From Spirochaetia bacterium (GTDB lineage Bacteria > Spirochaetota > Spirochaetia > DSM-2461), in contig OY764216.1 in assembly GCA_963668315.1 (NCBI GenBank), positions 2,304,001 through 2,368,000 on the forward strand: 64,000 nucleotides of DNA. Reading direction: 5' to 3'. Of this stretch, positions 20,577-30,390 are shown in pieces. Position numbers and translations under genes: made by a program. The notes below the pieces were generated by a model that had not been told where the DNA came from, did no database searches, and was given only the letters and a program-made list of their open reading frames with translations. Every line of letters starts with the position of its first letter. Within the stretch, counting starts at the first letter, position 1.

Positions 20577-21008
20577 TCAGCCTATCAGCTTCATCAGAAC
20601 ATCTCCCCACTCCTTATCCATCGGGGTGGGGCGGCCCGTTTCGGCCGATATGGAGGCGGCTTTTACCAGAAGGGAGGCGATGATTTCGTCTCCCCGGCAG
20701 ATGTCCTGTTTGAATATGAGGGAAAACACTTCCCGCTTGGTTATGGTCGTTTTCACTTCCAGCATGTCATCCAGATAGCCCGGTTTCAGATAATCTATGG
20801 TAAGTGACCTCACGACGAAAACAAGATTCTTCCTGTCCTTCAGCTCTTTCTGGTCGCCCCCGACATGTCGGAAGAGTTCGGTCCGGCCATGTTCGGCCAT
20901 ATCCAGATAACGGCCATGATAGATGATACCCCCCGCATCGGTATCGCTGTAGTAAGCGCGAACGGGAAAATGATGGGCTCCCTCTTTGAATTCTCCTGAA
21001 TGCTGCAT
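20577..21008 (-). CDS. YbgC/FadM-family acyl-CoA thioesterase (4HBT hotdog fold)
   Basis: 'RAYYSDTDAGGIIYHGRYLDMAEHGRTE' and 'FVVRSLTIDYLKPGYLDD'. RBS GGAGG. Confidence 0.9.
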   Translation of the reverse strand: MQHSGEFKEGAHHFPVRAYYSDTDAGGIIYHGRYLDMAEHGRTELFRHVGGDQKELKDRKNLVFVVRSLTIDYLKPGYLDDMLEVKTTITKREVFSLIFKQDICRGDEIIASLLVKAASISAETGRPTPMDKEWGDVLMKLIG

Positions 21009-21183
21009 GGTTTCCTCCCGGTACAGAATGGTAAAATCCTTGATCTGTGAATTGAATTATGACTATTATAGCGGGTATTCTTTCTTGACACAACTATCAT
21101 ATCCGTTGTAAAAAATCCTTCCGCAGGATTTTCTCGGGTCATTTCTGTTAATTGCGCCGGGTATGTGTTAAAATTTATGGCAG

Positions 21184-21576
21184 ATGAACGGGGAGGCACT
21201 GACTATGAAAAGAGTGAAAACACGATATATACGGGTCTTGAGCATTTTAATTGCAGCTATGGCCGTCATTTTTGTTGTACAAATGATTAATAACCGTTCT
21301 CTCGATGAAGCAATGCCGCTGACCAGGATCATCCTGGTAACCCTGGCCTCGGGGGTCGGTTTTCTTCCTCTGGCCCTCCTGTCTCTCCTCATAGAAAGAA
21401 ACGGCGGACAGAATCAGATTATGGCCGTCAAGGAAGTGATCTTGAACGAACAGGATATCAAGGATGCCGCTTCTCTCTGGATTTATACACAGCACGGCGT
21501 GGCCCCCGAAGGGGATGTTGAACTAATTGTAAACGAAGACGGGGGAGTCAGCTGTTTGGCTCACATACCAGGCTGA
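21184..21576 (+). CDS. Small hypothetical membrane protein (2 TM); start may be the second ATG (MKRVK)
   Basis: Two hydrophobic segments. GGAGG precedes the ATG at 21205. Confidence 0.6.
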   Translation: MNGEALTMKRVKTRYIRVLSILIAAMAVIFVVQMINNRSLDEAMPLTRIILVTLASGVGFLPLALLSLLIERNGGQNQIMAVKEVILNEQDIKDAASLWIYTQHGVAPEGDVELIVNEDGGVSCLAHIPG

Positions 21577-22222
21577 GGACGTCTTCTACCTGAAAATCTT
21601 CAATGCCGCCGGCAATCAGCCGGGCTTCAGCCGGGTATTCATTAAGACGGTTTTTCAGAAAGGGATTTACCAGTACAACCGTGTCCATTCCCGCCCGGAC
21701 TCCCGCGTGGGCGCCATTTATGGAGTCCTCCAGAACCAGACAGTTCCGGGGACTTTTATCCAGCAGTTCGGCGGCCTTGAGAAAAACATCCGGTTCCGGT
21801 TTACCCTTTGCGACCCTTTCGGCGGAGAGTATCAGGTCGAAATAGGGGGCAATTCCCGTTTGTTTCAGAAGTTCTTCCAGTAGTTCCTGGGAGGTCGCTG
21901 AAGCGACGGCCATAACGGCCCCTTTTATCTTCAATTTTTCCAGGAGCTCTCCCATGACCGGGAAAACTGTCGTATTTTCCCGGGCAAGCTTTAGGTAAAG
22001 GTCGTCCTGGACCTGTTGCATTTCCTCCAGTGAGGCGTCGATGCCATACCGATCCTTCATGGCCTGAAGGAAGCGGCGGGAACCGAATCCCACATAGTCA
22101 TTATGCTGTTCCAGGGAGAGAGTTCCTCCGAATCGGGCTACCGTCTGGCAGTCGCTTATCGCATAGGTCGGTTCGCTGTCCACGAGGGTTCCGTCAAAAT
22201 CAAAGAGTACCGTATCGATCAT
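21548..22222 (-). CDS. HAD-superfamily phosphatase (beta-PGM/CbbY-like)
   Basis: 'FDFDGTLVDSE', 'KGKPEPDVFL', 'LVLEDSING'. Confidence 0.9.
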   Translation of the reverse strand: MIDTVLFDFDGTLVDSEPTYAISDCQTVARFGGTLSLEQHNDYVGFGSRRFLQAMKDRYGIDASLEEMQQVQDDLYLKLARENTTVFPVMGELLEKLKIKGAVMAVASATSQELLEELLKQTGIAPYFDLILSAERVAKGKPEPDVFLKAAELLDKSPRNCLVLEDSINGAHAGVRAGMDTVVLVNPFLKNRLNEYPAEARLIAGGIEDFQVEDVLSLVCEPNS

Positions 22223-22234
22223 GGGCGGATCGTA

Positions 22235-23602
22235 TCATAAAGACCGGGGCAGTTCAATAAGAAAGCAGGCGCCGCCCAGATTTGTTTCGGAATAGCGGAT
22301 GGAACCGCCGTGGCTCTCAACGATCGTCTTCGCCGAAGCCAGACCGACACCGATTCCCCGGGTATTCCGTCCCGAATCGGCCCGGTAGAAGTTATCGAAA
22401 ATATGGGGGATATGCTCTTTTTCAATTCCGGGACCGGAGTCTTCCATGGAAATGACCCAACTCTTCTCGTTTGCATTAAGGGAAAAACGAATGGTATCTC
22501 CTGGGTCGGTATAGCGGCAGGCATTATCAAACAGGTTTTCCAGAACCCTGAAGATCATCCTTCTGTCGCCTTTGAAGAGGGCTTCATCGGAAATCTCCGA
22601 TTTAATGATAATATTCCTCTTGCGTATGAGAGCGTCATTCCGGAAAATACCTGCCACTTCGTCAAAGAGTTCCCTGAGGGAAAAATCACTGAACCTGTTT
22701 TTCCATTCCGTCGTCTGCAGCCGGGAGAAATGGATCAGATCGCTGATTCTCTCTTCCAGAAGATTGGTTTTCTCCATGATGACATTGGTATAGTGGTTCA
22801 ACTCTTCCTGACTCTGGGCCATTCCATCCTGCAGGGCTTCCACATATCCCTTAATCGAGGTAAGAGGCGTTTTCAGATCATGGGAGATGGACATCATGAT
22901 GCGCTGCTGCCTGTCATGGTTGTCCTTCAGTTCCTGCCGCATCTGGTCAAAGGCGCGGATAAGATGAGTAAAGGGGTGCTTTTTCTTTTTGCTGAAGGGG
23001 GGGATTTCCACATCCCAGTTCCCGCGACCGATCTCTCCGGCGGCATTTTCGAGACTTAGTATGGATTTCGCCATGGGCCGTGTGAGAAAAGCCATGGAGA
23101 GGACGGGTATGAGAATGAATCCCAGATAGAAAATCCAGACAAGCTTTACGGACGTGTCGAGCGCTTTAGCCTGAGCCGAAATCAGGGCCTGAACGAAGAT
23201 GGCCAGGCAGGCGTCTCCTTTATATCGGAAGATAGAGATGCTGAAAGGAATGGAGGGCATTTCATTCATCAGCACCTCATAGAAGTCTTTTCCCGAATTT
23301 TCCCAATCGCTCTCGGTAATAGCCGGATATCTTTTAATAAATTCCGGATGGGCATACATGACATGGCCGTCATTATCCAGTAGGAGAATGACGCCCTTTT
23401 CGGCAATCTTCTTCTCGTCATAATCGCCGGAGAGAATCGATGTGAGAACAGGCTGAAGGTATCGCGGCGCCTCGAGATCCCCCTCTGTTTCCAGTTGTGA
23501 GCTCCAGGCGATCCACACGACACCGAAGGATGTGACCATGGAGGCGAGGGGTACAAGGATGATCAAGGCGAAAAGCAGATGAAAACGCTTTCGTAAATTC
23601 AA
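22235..23602 (-). CDS. HAMP-domain sensor histidine kinase (probable TTG start at 23602, overlapping the regulator's stop codon)
   Basis: Two TM segments, HAMP, H-box 'SISHDLKTPLTSIKGY', 'NLFDNACRY', 'DSGPGI...GIGVGL'. TTGA overlap with the upstream stop codon; the longer ORF-track start overlaps the regulator. Confidence 0.88.
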   Translation of the reverse strand: MNLRKRFHLLFALIILVPLASMVTSFGVVWIAWSSQLETEGDLEAPRYLQPVLTSILSGDYDEKKIAEKGVILLLDNDGHVMYAHPEFIKRYPAITESDWENSGKDFYEVLMNEMPSIPFSISIFRYKGDACLAIFVQALISAQAKALDTSVKLVWIFYLGFILIPVLSMAFLTRPMAKSILSLENAAGEIGRGNWDVEIPPFSKKKKHPFTHLIRAFDQMRQELKDNHDRQQRIMMSISHDLKTPLTSIKGYVEALQDGMAQSQEELNHYTNVIMEKTNLLEERISDLIHFSRLQTTEWKNRFSDFSLRELFDEVAGIFRNDALIRKRNIIIKSEISDEALFKGDRRMIFRVLENLFDNACRYTDPGDTIRFSLNANEKSWVISMEDSGPGIEKEHIPHIFDNFYRADSGRNTRGIGVGLASAKTIVESHGGSIRYSETNLGGACFLIELPRSL

Positions 23603-24306
23603 CTGTTCTTCCCTTTGCCGTCGTTGGCCGTTATATAGTAGCCCGAACCGTAGGCCGTTTTGATAAATCGGGGATTCGCAGGATCTTCTTCCAGTTTTTT
23701 TCGGAGCCTCTGAATATGCACCGATACGGTGGTCAGATCCCCGTACGTGTTGTGCCAGACTTTTCTGTACAGTTCTTCCTGTTTCACGGCTCTTTCCGGG
23801 TATTCGGAAAGGACAAGGAGAAGGGAGAGCTCCTTCGGAGGGAGATCGATACGGCTGCCGTCCCTTTTCAGCCACAGATTGTCCCTGTCCAGGACATAGG
23901 GGCCGAAATGAAACAAATTCGATTCACCGGTATCATCATTCTGAATGCGTCTCAAGTGAGCCCGTACCCGGGCGGCAAGGACCTTGGGACTGAATGGTTT
24001 GGAGACATAGTCATCGGCTCCGATGCCGAAACCCATGATCATATCCACATCTTCCTGACGGGCGGACACGATCATGACGGGAATACTTTCCCCTTTCTGG
24101 CGGATTTTCTGCAAAACCTCGAATCCGTCGATTCCGGGAAGATTAATATCAAGAAGCACCATGTCGAACTCGGAACTCTCCAGGCATGCCATTCCCTCTT
24201 CACCGGTTATGGCATGGAGAGTTTCGATTCCTTCCTTCCTCAGATAAAGGCCGATAAGATCGGCGATATCCTTTTCATCTTCAATAATAAGTACGGTGCC
24301 TTGCAT
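23599..24306 (-). CDS. OmpR/PhoB-family response regulator
   Basis: 'LIIEDE', 'LLDINLPGIDG', 'GADDYVSKPFS', winged helix 'TVSVHIQRLRKKLE...IKTAYGSGY'. Start MQGTV with GAGG upstream. Confidence 0.93.
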   Translation of the reverse strand: MQGTVLIIEDEKDIADLIGLYLRKEGIETLHAITGEEGMACLESSEFDMVLLDINLPGIDGFEVLQKIRQKGESIPVMIVSARQEDVDMIMGFGIGADDYVSKPFSPKVLAARVRAHLRRIQNDDTGESNLFHFGPYVLDRDNLWLKRDGSRIDLPPKELSLLLVLSEYPERAVKQEELYRKVWHNTYGDLTTVSVHIQRLRKKLEEDPANPRFIKTAYGSGYYITANDGKGKNS

Positions 24307-24349
24307 AAAAATCCTCTCAGACCCGGCCGAAGCCGGGATTGTGTATTTC

Positions 24350-24643
24350 CTAGAAGGGGGTAATTCCCGACTGCTCAAAGCAGGCAAGCCCCAGAATGGG
24401 ATATTTCTCCCTGAGAGCCGTAATATCCTTGTGAAGTATTTCCAGCTTCTCATCGTTCACATAGAGGATGAAAAGGATATTCTCCTCGGGCCAGACGCTG
24501 TTTCCCATACACCAGCCGGAATAGCCCGATCCGTCTACCTGATGAATCATGGTATAGCAGGGATGGCCTCCCTCCCGAACGGGCATGATCTCTATAAGCT
24601 GTTCTTCCAGGGCCTGATTGGCGATGATTTCCACTCGGGTCAT
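24350..24643 (-). CDS. PII-like small protein associated with RND transporters (PG0541-family-like)
   Basis: 97 aa with 'YTMIHQVDGSGYSG...GNSVWPEEN'. Overlaps the RND permease stop codon (ATGA). Confidence 0.7.
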   Translation of the reverse strand: MTRVEIIANQALEEQLIEIMPVREGGHPCYTMIHQVDGSGYSGWCMGNSVWPEENILFILYVNDEKLEILHKDITALREKYPILGLACFEQSGITPF

Positions 24644-27600
24644 GATAATTTCTCCTTTTCTTCTTCCACAGTAGCGGCCAGAGCCATCTCTTTCTTATGG
24701 GCTTTCCGGTTGGCGTTGAGATAGAGAATGGGTACCAGAAAGAGGGTTACGATCGTATTGGATGTAAGTCCTCCGATAACGGTCAGACCCATGGGCTGTA
24801 CCATTTCCGTTCCTTCTCCACCAAAGAAGGACATGGGTACCATGGCCAGGATGGTGGTCAGCGTGGTCATGAGTACGGGCTGCAGACGGCCGGCGGCGGC
24901 ATTCTGACAGGCATCCATGACCGTCTCGCCCCGTTTTCTTCTCAGGTCGATAGCGTCCACGAGGATAATACCGTTGTTAACAACGATACCCAGAAGCATG
25001 ACCACACCCAGAAGGGAAGGCATACTGAGCGGTTCGCCCCTGACCATGTGCATGAAGACAACACCTATGAGCAGCATGGGCATCATGGCCATGATGATGA
25101 AGGGGGATTTGAACGATTCGAACTGGGCCACCATGACGCCCAGTACCAGAAGGGCGGCAAAGAAAAGCACCAGAATCATACCCTGGAGGGTATCCTGCAT
25201 CATTTCAAACTGACCCGCGTTATCAATAGTGATTCCCTCGGGAAGAACAATTCTCTCTGCGATCAGGTCGTTGACCTGGTTCTGAAGGAGGTTCGTGGCC
25301 ACACCGGGTTCCGCGTCGGCTTCGATGGTTACCGTTCTGGCCCTGTCAAGGCGCGTGATGGTTACGGGACTGGTCGTCTCGACGATTTTTCCAAAACTGG
25401 AGAAGGGTATCTTCTCTCCCGTGATGGAGCTTGTCACGAAGATCTTTTCCAGGTCGAGGGAACTGTTCCGGTCCTCTTCGCGCAGCTGGAGAATGACATC
25501 GATCTCTTCTCCGTCCATCTCATAGGTCGTTGCTGTCGTTCCGGCGATCTGGGAGCGGATTTCCGACGCGATGGTGGCCGTATTGAGGCCGAGGTCGAAG
25601 AGTTTCTGTCTGTCCAGAACCAGATCGTACTGGGGCAGGGCCGATTCCTGGTCGCTGCTGACTTCCTGGATTTCGGGAACCTCCTTGCGGATCAGGTCCA
25701 TAATCTCTTCGGATACGCTGTAAAGATCATCCATGTCCTTGCCTTTTACGGTGACGGATACATCCGCTCCGGACATCTGCGCCGCCATGTCGGTGGTGGT
25801 GAAGTTGAACTCCGCATCGGGGAACATATCAAAATACTGACGGAGGATATCCTTGATCTCTTCGTCGGTCATCTCCCTCTCGGCCGCGGGGGGCAGGGCG
25901 ATGGTAATCTGTCCTGAGTAGCTCTGCTCGATACCCATCATACTAACCGAACCGGCGGAAATGGTCAGATTGGTTTTCTCCGGGATGGTCGCATCGACTA
26001 TGGACTGCCACTGGAGCATAACCTGCTCGGTCACTTCCAGGGAGGTTCCCACGGGGAGGTTCACATCAAGGATAATGGATGTTTCACCCGTACCGGGCAT
26101 CATGTTGAGACCGATGCCGGGAATGGCTACGATGGAAAGAACAAGCAGCACGATGGCCAGAATGATAACGATGGCCTTATGTCTGAGACACCAGCCGACA
26201 GCCTTTTTGTAGCCGTTTCTCATGCCGTTCAGTCCGGACTCTATGGAACCGTCCAGCTTTCTGAAAAAAGCGGTCTTGAGGGGTTTCTCCTGTCTTGTTG
26301 TGAAGGGGAATACCTTATAGGCAAGAACGGGAACCAGAATCATAGCGATAACCAGGGAGGAGAGAAGGGCTATGATAATGGTGAACGCCATGTCTCCGAA
26401 CATGATTCCCACGAATTCCAGATCGTCCTTGAACAGCAGGATGGGGAGGAAAACGCAGACGGAAGTCATGATAGAACCGATAAGGGGGCCTATCATCTCC
26501 TGGGTTCCCAGCTCGGCGGCGGTCTTCATCATTACGCCTTTGGACCGGTAGCGGAATATGTTCTCAATGATAACGATAGAGCCGTCCACGATCATACCCA
26601 GGGCCAGTACGAGACCGGTCATGGTGATCATGTTGAAGGACTTGCCCGCGAAGGACATGGCTCCGATGGTAATGAGAAGAGATATGGGGATGGATATGGC
26701 GACGATCAGGGTGGGTTTGAACTGTCTGAGGAAGAATATCAGCACGAGGATGGCAAAAACGATACCGTATACGGCCGAGGAGACCACCTGGCTGAGGGTC
26801 GATTTTACCTGCTCCGATTCGTCGGTGAGAACTTTCAGTTCGCTGCCTTCGGGAAGGTTCTCGTTAAGCTCGGGGAGCATCTCGATAATTTTGTTGGCCA
26901 CGTCGACCATATTTCCCCGGTCCGTCTTATTGACGGCGATCTGTATACCGGGCTGGCCGTTGATGAGAACCATGGTCGTCTGCTCTTCCGAACCGAGGGA
27001 GACATCGGCCACATCCCTGAGGAGGACGTTATGCATCTCGCCGGTCATGGCATTGACGGGAACGACGGCGACAACCGTGTTGGCCAGATCCTCAACAGAA
27101 TTAAACGTACCGTCCGTCTGAAGGGCATAAACCATTTTTCCGTCGTTGATGTCACCGGCTCCGAGCTTCATGTTCTGGGCGCTGAGCATCTGGGAAATCC
27201 CGCTTATGGTCAGGCCGAGGGAATCGAGCTGCTCCTGGTAGATATCCACTTTGACAATCTGGGTGAGACCGCCGGAAAGATCGACCTGGGCTACCCCGTT
27301 CAGTCTTTCGATCCGGGGCTGAATCTCGTCTTCGGCGATTGTCAGGAGTTCTTCCAGGTTCTGCTCTCCCGTCAGGGCCAGGGTGATAAAGGGCTGCATG
27401 TTGGGGTCGAATTCAAAGATGATGGGATTTTCGCAGTCATCGGGGAGGCCCATCTCGGCCATGCTCAGACTGTCTCTCAGGCTGTCCTTTGTCTCGGCCA
27501 TATCCACATCGAATCCGAACTGCATAAGGATCATGGAAACGCTGTTCATGGAGTAGGAGGTGGTGGATTCAAGGCCTGATATGTTGACGATCTGTTCTTC

Positions 27601-27801
27601 GATTACCGATGTCACGTTCTCCTCCACTTCCGTGGGGGAGGCCATGGGGTATGTCGTAAATGTAACCAGAATGGGCATTTCCATCTGGGGTATCAGTTCC
27701 AGCGGAAGCCGGAATGTAAGGCTTAGTCCGGCAATGGCGATGATGGCGAAGGCCACCAGCATCGTCATGGGCCGGGATAATATCCGTTTGGCGAATGTCA
27801 T
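24640..27801 (-). CDS. RND efflux permease (AcrB/AcrD/AcrF family)
   Basis: 1053 aa with 'YPMASPTEVEENVT', 'GMIVDGSIVIIENI', 'RLQPVLMTTLTTILAMVPM', and two large periplasmic loops. Confidence 0.93.
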   Translation of the reverse strand: MTFAKRILSRPMTMLVAFAIIAIAGLSLTFRLPLELIPQMEMPILVTFTTYPMASPTEVEENVTSVIEEQIVNISGLESTTSYSMNSVSMILMQFGFDVDMAETKDSLRDSLSMAEMGLPDDCENPIIFEFDPNMQPFITLALTGEQNLEELLTIAEDEIQPRIERLNGVAQVDLSGGLTQIVKVDIYQEQLDSLGLTISGISQMLSAQNMKLGAGDINDGKMVYALQTDGTFNSVEDLANTVVAVVPVNAMTGEMHNVLLRDVADVSLGSEEQTTMVLINGQPGIQIAVNKTDRGNMVDVANKIIEMLPELNENLPEGSELKVLTDESEQVKSTLSQVVSSAVYGIVFAILVLIFFLRQFKPTLIVAISIPISLLITIGAMSFAGKSFNMITMTGLVLALGMIVDGSIVIIENIFRYRSKGVMMKTAAELGTQEMIGPLIGSIMTSVCVFLPILLFKDDLEFVGIMFGDMAFTIIIALLSSLVIAMILVPVLAYKVFPFTTRQEKPLKTAFFRKLDGSIESGLNGMRNGYKKAVGWCLRHKAIVIILAIVLLVLSIVAIPGIGLNMMPGTGETSIILDVNLPVGTSLEVTEQVMLQWQSIVDATIPEKTNLTISAGSVSMMGIEQSYSGQITIALPPAAEREMTDEEIKDILRQYFDMFPDAEFNFTTTDMAAQMSGADVSVTVKGKDMDDLYSVSEEIMDLIRKEVPEIQEVSSDQESALPQYDLVLDRQKLFDLGLNTATIASEIRSQIAGTTATTYEMDGEEIDVILQLREEDRNSSLDLEKIFVTSSITGEKIPFSSFGKIVETTSPVTITRLDRARTVTIEADAEPGVATNLLQNQVNDLIAERIVLPEGITIDNAGQFEMMQDTLQGMILVLFFAALLVLGVMVAQFESFKSPFIIMAMMPMLLIGVVFMHMVRGEPLSMPSLLGVVMLLGIVVNNGIILVDAIDLRRKRGETVMDACQNAAAGRLQPVLMTTLTTILAMVPMSFFGGEGTEMVQPMGLTVIGGLTSNTIVTLFLVPILYLNANRKAHKKEMALAATVEEEKEKLS

Positions 27802-28769
27802 GAATTGCCCTCCTCGTCTTCGGTGGCGTTTGTTTTGAAGGAGAGATTATTGACTATGCGGACTTTGCTGCCGTCGGAAAGAAGGGTTTTTCCTTCGGTG
27901 GCGATTTCGTCTCCCTCGCTGAGTCCCGAGAGTATTTCTATAAAACCTGAGCTTTCCTTGCCCGTGGTAACGGAAGTTTTCACCGCTGTCTCACCGTCGA
28001 TAAGGAAGACAAATCTGTCTTCATTGCGGACAATGAGGGCGTTTTCCGGTATGGTGAGGGCGTTGGAGGATGTGGATGTGATAAGCCGGATGGACACGAA
28101 CATACCGGCCCTGACGAAACTATTACCGTCCATCTTCAGTTTGACGGCCATGGTCCGGCTGCTCTGGTTTACCACGGGGGAAAGTTCCGTCACCCGGGCT
28201 TCGAATGTCCTGTCCGAAGCGCTGGAGCTGACAATGGCTTTCTGGCCCTTTTCCACCTGGTTGATGAAACGCTCGGGGACCTGAGTGGTAATTTCAAGTT
28301 CATCCAGCTGTCCGATAGTAGCCACGGCCATCTGCTGGGATACTGTCTGACCCATTTCCATGTTAACCGCCGTGATGGTACCGCTGATGGGCGCCTTGAT
28401 CGGGCTGGAGGCATAATTCATACCGGGCATGGAGGGGTCGATCTGTCCGATGACCTGGTCTTTTCTTACATAATCCCCCAGGCTTACGGGAAGGGAGATG
28501 ATCTTTCCCGCCGCATTGGGATAAACATCAATAGTGCCGGTCGCTTCCACATCGCCGGACAGCACTATGTAACTGGATAACTCCTGGCGGGTCACCAGAG
28601 AGGTCTTTATATTAAATCTTTTATCTACCTGCTCCTGCTCTGCAGTCTCGCCCTTTTTGCCGGGGATGTTTCCGCAGGAAGCCAGTAGCAAACCCAGGGC
28701 CACTGCCCCGGTTACAATCTGTATGGTTTTCTTATTCATTATCGCTCTCCTTGATTTTCGATTATTCAT
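27798..28769 (-). CDS. RND periplasmic adaptor (membrane fusion protein), lipoprotein; start may be 28739
   Basis: Lipobox 'LLASC', 'IKAPISGTI', 'GLSEGDEIATEG'. GGAG precedes the ATG at 28739. Confidence 0.9.
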   Translation of the reverse strand: MNNRKSRRAIMNKKTIQIVTGAVALGLLLASCGNIPGKKGETAEQEQVDKRFNIKTSLVTRQELSSYIVLSGDVEATGTIDVYPNAAGKIISLPVSLGDYVRKDQVIGQIDPSMPGMNYASSPIKAPISGTITAVNMEMGQTVSQQMAVATIGQLDELEITTQVPERFINQVEKGQKAIVSSSASDRTFEARVTELSPVVNQSSRTMAVKLKMDGNSFVRAGMFVSIRLITSTSSNALTIPENALIVRNEDRFVFLIDGETAVKTSVTTGKESSGFIEILSGLSEGDEIATEGKTLLSDGSKVRIVNNLSFKTNATEDEEGNS

Positions 28770-30063
28770 TGCTTAAATCCCTGTTGACGGCATATTCCAG
28801 ATCAAGCAGGGAAGATATGTAGGTATATTTTTCGCCAAGCAGGTTGCTTTCGGCCTGCAGAAGGTCGTTTTCGGCCTGGGAAAGATCGGTGGCTGTCATC
28901 TGGCCGTTTCTCCACTGCTCCCGGCTCATATCATAGGCTTTCTGGGCCAGAACCACATTGTTTTCCATGACACTGAGGTTCTGTATGGTGGCATCCAGGG
29001 TCATGACGTACTGGCGTATGGTCATTTCCGTTCCTTGGTAGAGGAGTTTTTCCTGGTAATCCAGACTGGCCAGGGTGGCTTCCATATCCTTTACGTCATC
29101 GGAGGCGCCCGAATTGGGAATCCAGTCGTCCAGTGGTATGCTCAGGGTGACAGAGAAGGCTCCGCCGTCATTGTCCTTGAGGGGGCTGTTTCTCCATGTA
29201 TCACCCTCAAAAGCAAAGGGAACGGTGGGATTATAATCCCAGCCGAGAATCAATGAGGGAAGACTCTGGTTTCTCTGGGCCTTGAGCCCGTTTTTCGCCG
29301 TATCCTTGCCGAGGATCATGGACTGGATATCCAGGTTGTCGGAAAGGTAGCGGTTGACCAGCCGGTCCGCATCGAAGGAACGGGCGTTATCCGCCTCTAT
29401 CCCGTCGGTCAGGTTCAGTTCCTGATTCAGGGGCAGCCCCAGATCCATACAGAGGGCCATGCGGAGCTGATCGTAGCTATTTTTAAGGGTGGTGAGCGTC
29501 GGAGTAAGGGAGGAGAGGCCCGATTCGGTCTGCAGGAGATCGAGCTCGGTGATCAGACCGTTGCTGTACATGGCCTGCATGTCCCTGTAGCGCTGTTCCG
29601 TGGTGGCTATATTCTTTTCAACCAGGGCGATATTGGCCTGGAGCTGCACCAGCTGGTAGTAGTATTTTTTGATGCTCTGTGCCAGCTGCTTTTCATCAAT
29701 CTCCCTGTTCAGCTTTTCCGTGCGGAGATTCAGATCCAGAGCCTTGATGCCGTTTCCGATGGCGGGGTTCAGAATAAGCTGGGCGCTTAGGTCGCCTACC
29801 AGTGTCCAGTCATCGTATCCCGTGGCAGGTGAAGGTTTATTTGTTTTGGCAACGGTTGTTGTTAAGCCTATGTCGGGGAGGAACGCATTCCAGCTGTGCC
29901 GGTTGTTCCGGTCCGCCTGGGATACTGTTATGTCCTGAACTTTCAGATTTACATTATTTTCCTTTCCCAGGGCTACCGCCTGATCTATGGAAAGGTCCAT
30001 CGCTTCCGCTCCCAACAGAAAGGCGGAAAGGATAAAAAGGAAAGGAATAGCACGCTTCTTCAT
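28762..30063 (-). CDS. TolC-family outer membrane efflux protein
   Basis: Signal peptide, helical repeats 'YSNGLITELDLLQ' and 'WRNGQMTATDLSQAE'. First gene of the TolC-MFP-RND operon. RBS AAGGAG. Confidence 0.85.
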   Translation of the reverse strand: MKKRAIPFLFILSAFLLGAEAMDLSIDQAVALGKENNVNLKVQDITVSQADRNNRHSWNAFLPDIGLTTTVAKTNKPSPATGYDDWTLVGDLSAQLILNPAIGNGIKALDLNLRTEKLNREIDEKQLAQSIKKYYYQLVQLQANIALVEKNIATTEQRYRDMQAMYSNGLITELDLLQTESGLSSLTPTLTTLKNSYDQLRMALCMDLGLPLNQELNLTDGIEADNARSFDADRLVNRYLSDNLDIQSMILGKDTAKNGLKAQRNQSLPSLILGWDYNPTVPFAFEGDTWRNSPLKDNDGGAFSVTLSIPLDDWIPNSGASDDVKDMEATLASLDYQEKLLYQGTEMTIRQYVMTLDATIQNLSVMENNVVLAQKAYDMSREQWRNGQMTATDLSQAENDLLQAESNLLGEKYTYISSLLDLEYAVNRDLSNE

Positions 30064-30199
30064 GAATTTTGTCTCCTTACGGGTGTCCGCCGGTGGGCGG
30101 ATATTAACTCTATAGTCCTAATATAGACTTATCGGGAAGGGAATTCTATTAAAAAGTCACTAAGGGAAGATAAACAAAAAGTTTTAATTTGATTTATTG

Positions 30200-30345
30200 C
30201 GGACAAACAGGGATGGAAGCGGTACCACGCAGGCCCCGGTGAGACGTAGGGCGGCGCGGAGCAAGCCCGTGAGGCGAACCCTGGCCGTCAGGCCGGGGCC
30301 GAGTAGTTCAGCGGACAGCCCGGGCCCCCGGAGGGGGTGTTTGCC
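30200..30345 (+). ncRNA. GC-rich structured element resembling the Flavo-1 RNA motif / a repeated palindromic element
   Basis: Nested pairings ggccccgg(30232-39)/ccggggcc(30293-300), gacg/cgtc, aggg/ccct, hairpin ccccc-gga-ggggg, and closing caaaca/tgtttg. Flanks 'ggatggaagcgg...agcggacagccc' match my recollection of Flavo-1 conserved blocks; not searched. Confidence 0.45.
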
Positions 30346-30390
30346 AAAGAAGAAAAAATAGATACAATGGGGGCTTACGGAGGAGTCTTC

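Noticed and set aside
23603..24453. Extended N-termini for the kinase (23875) and regulator (24453) given in the ORF track
   Set aside because: They overlap the neighbouring real genes. Starts at 23602 (TTG) and 24306 (ATG) fit the domain boundaries and operon coupling.
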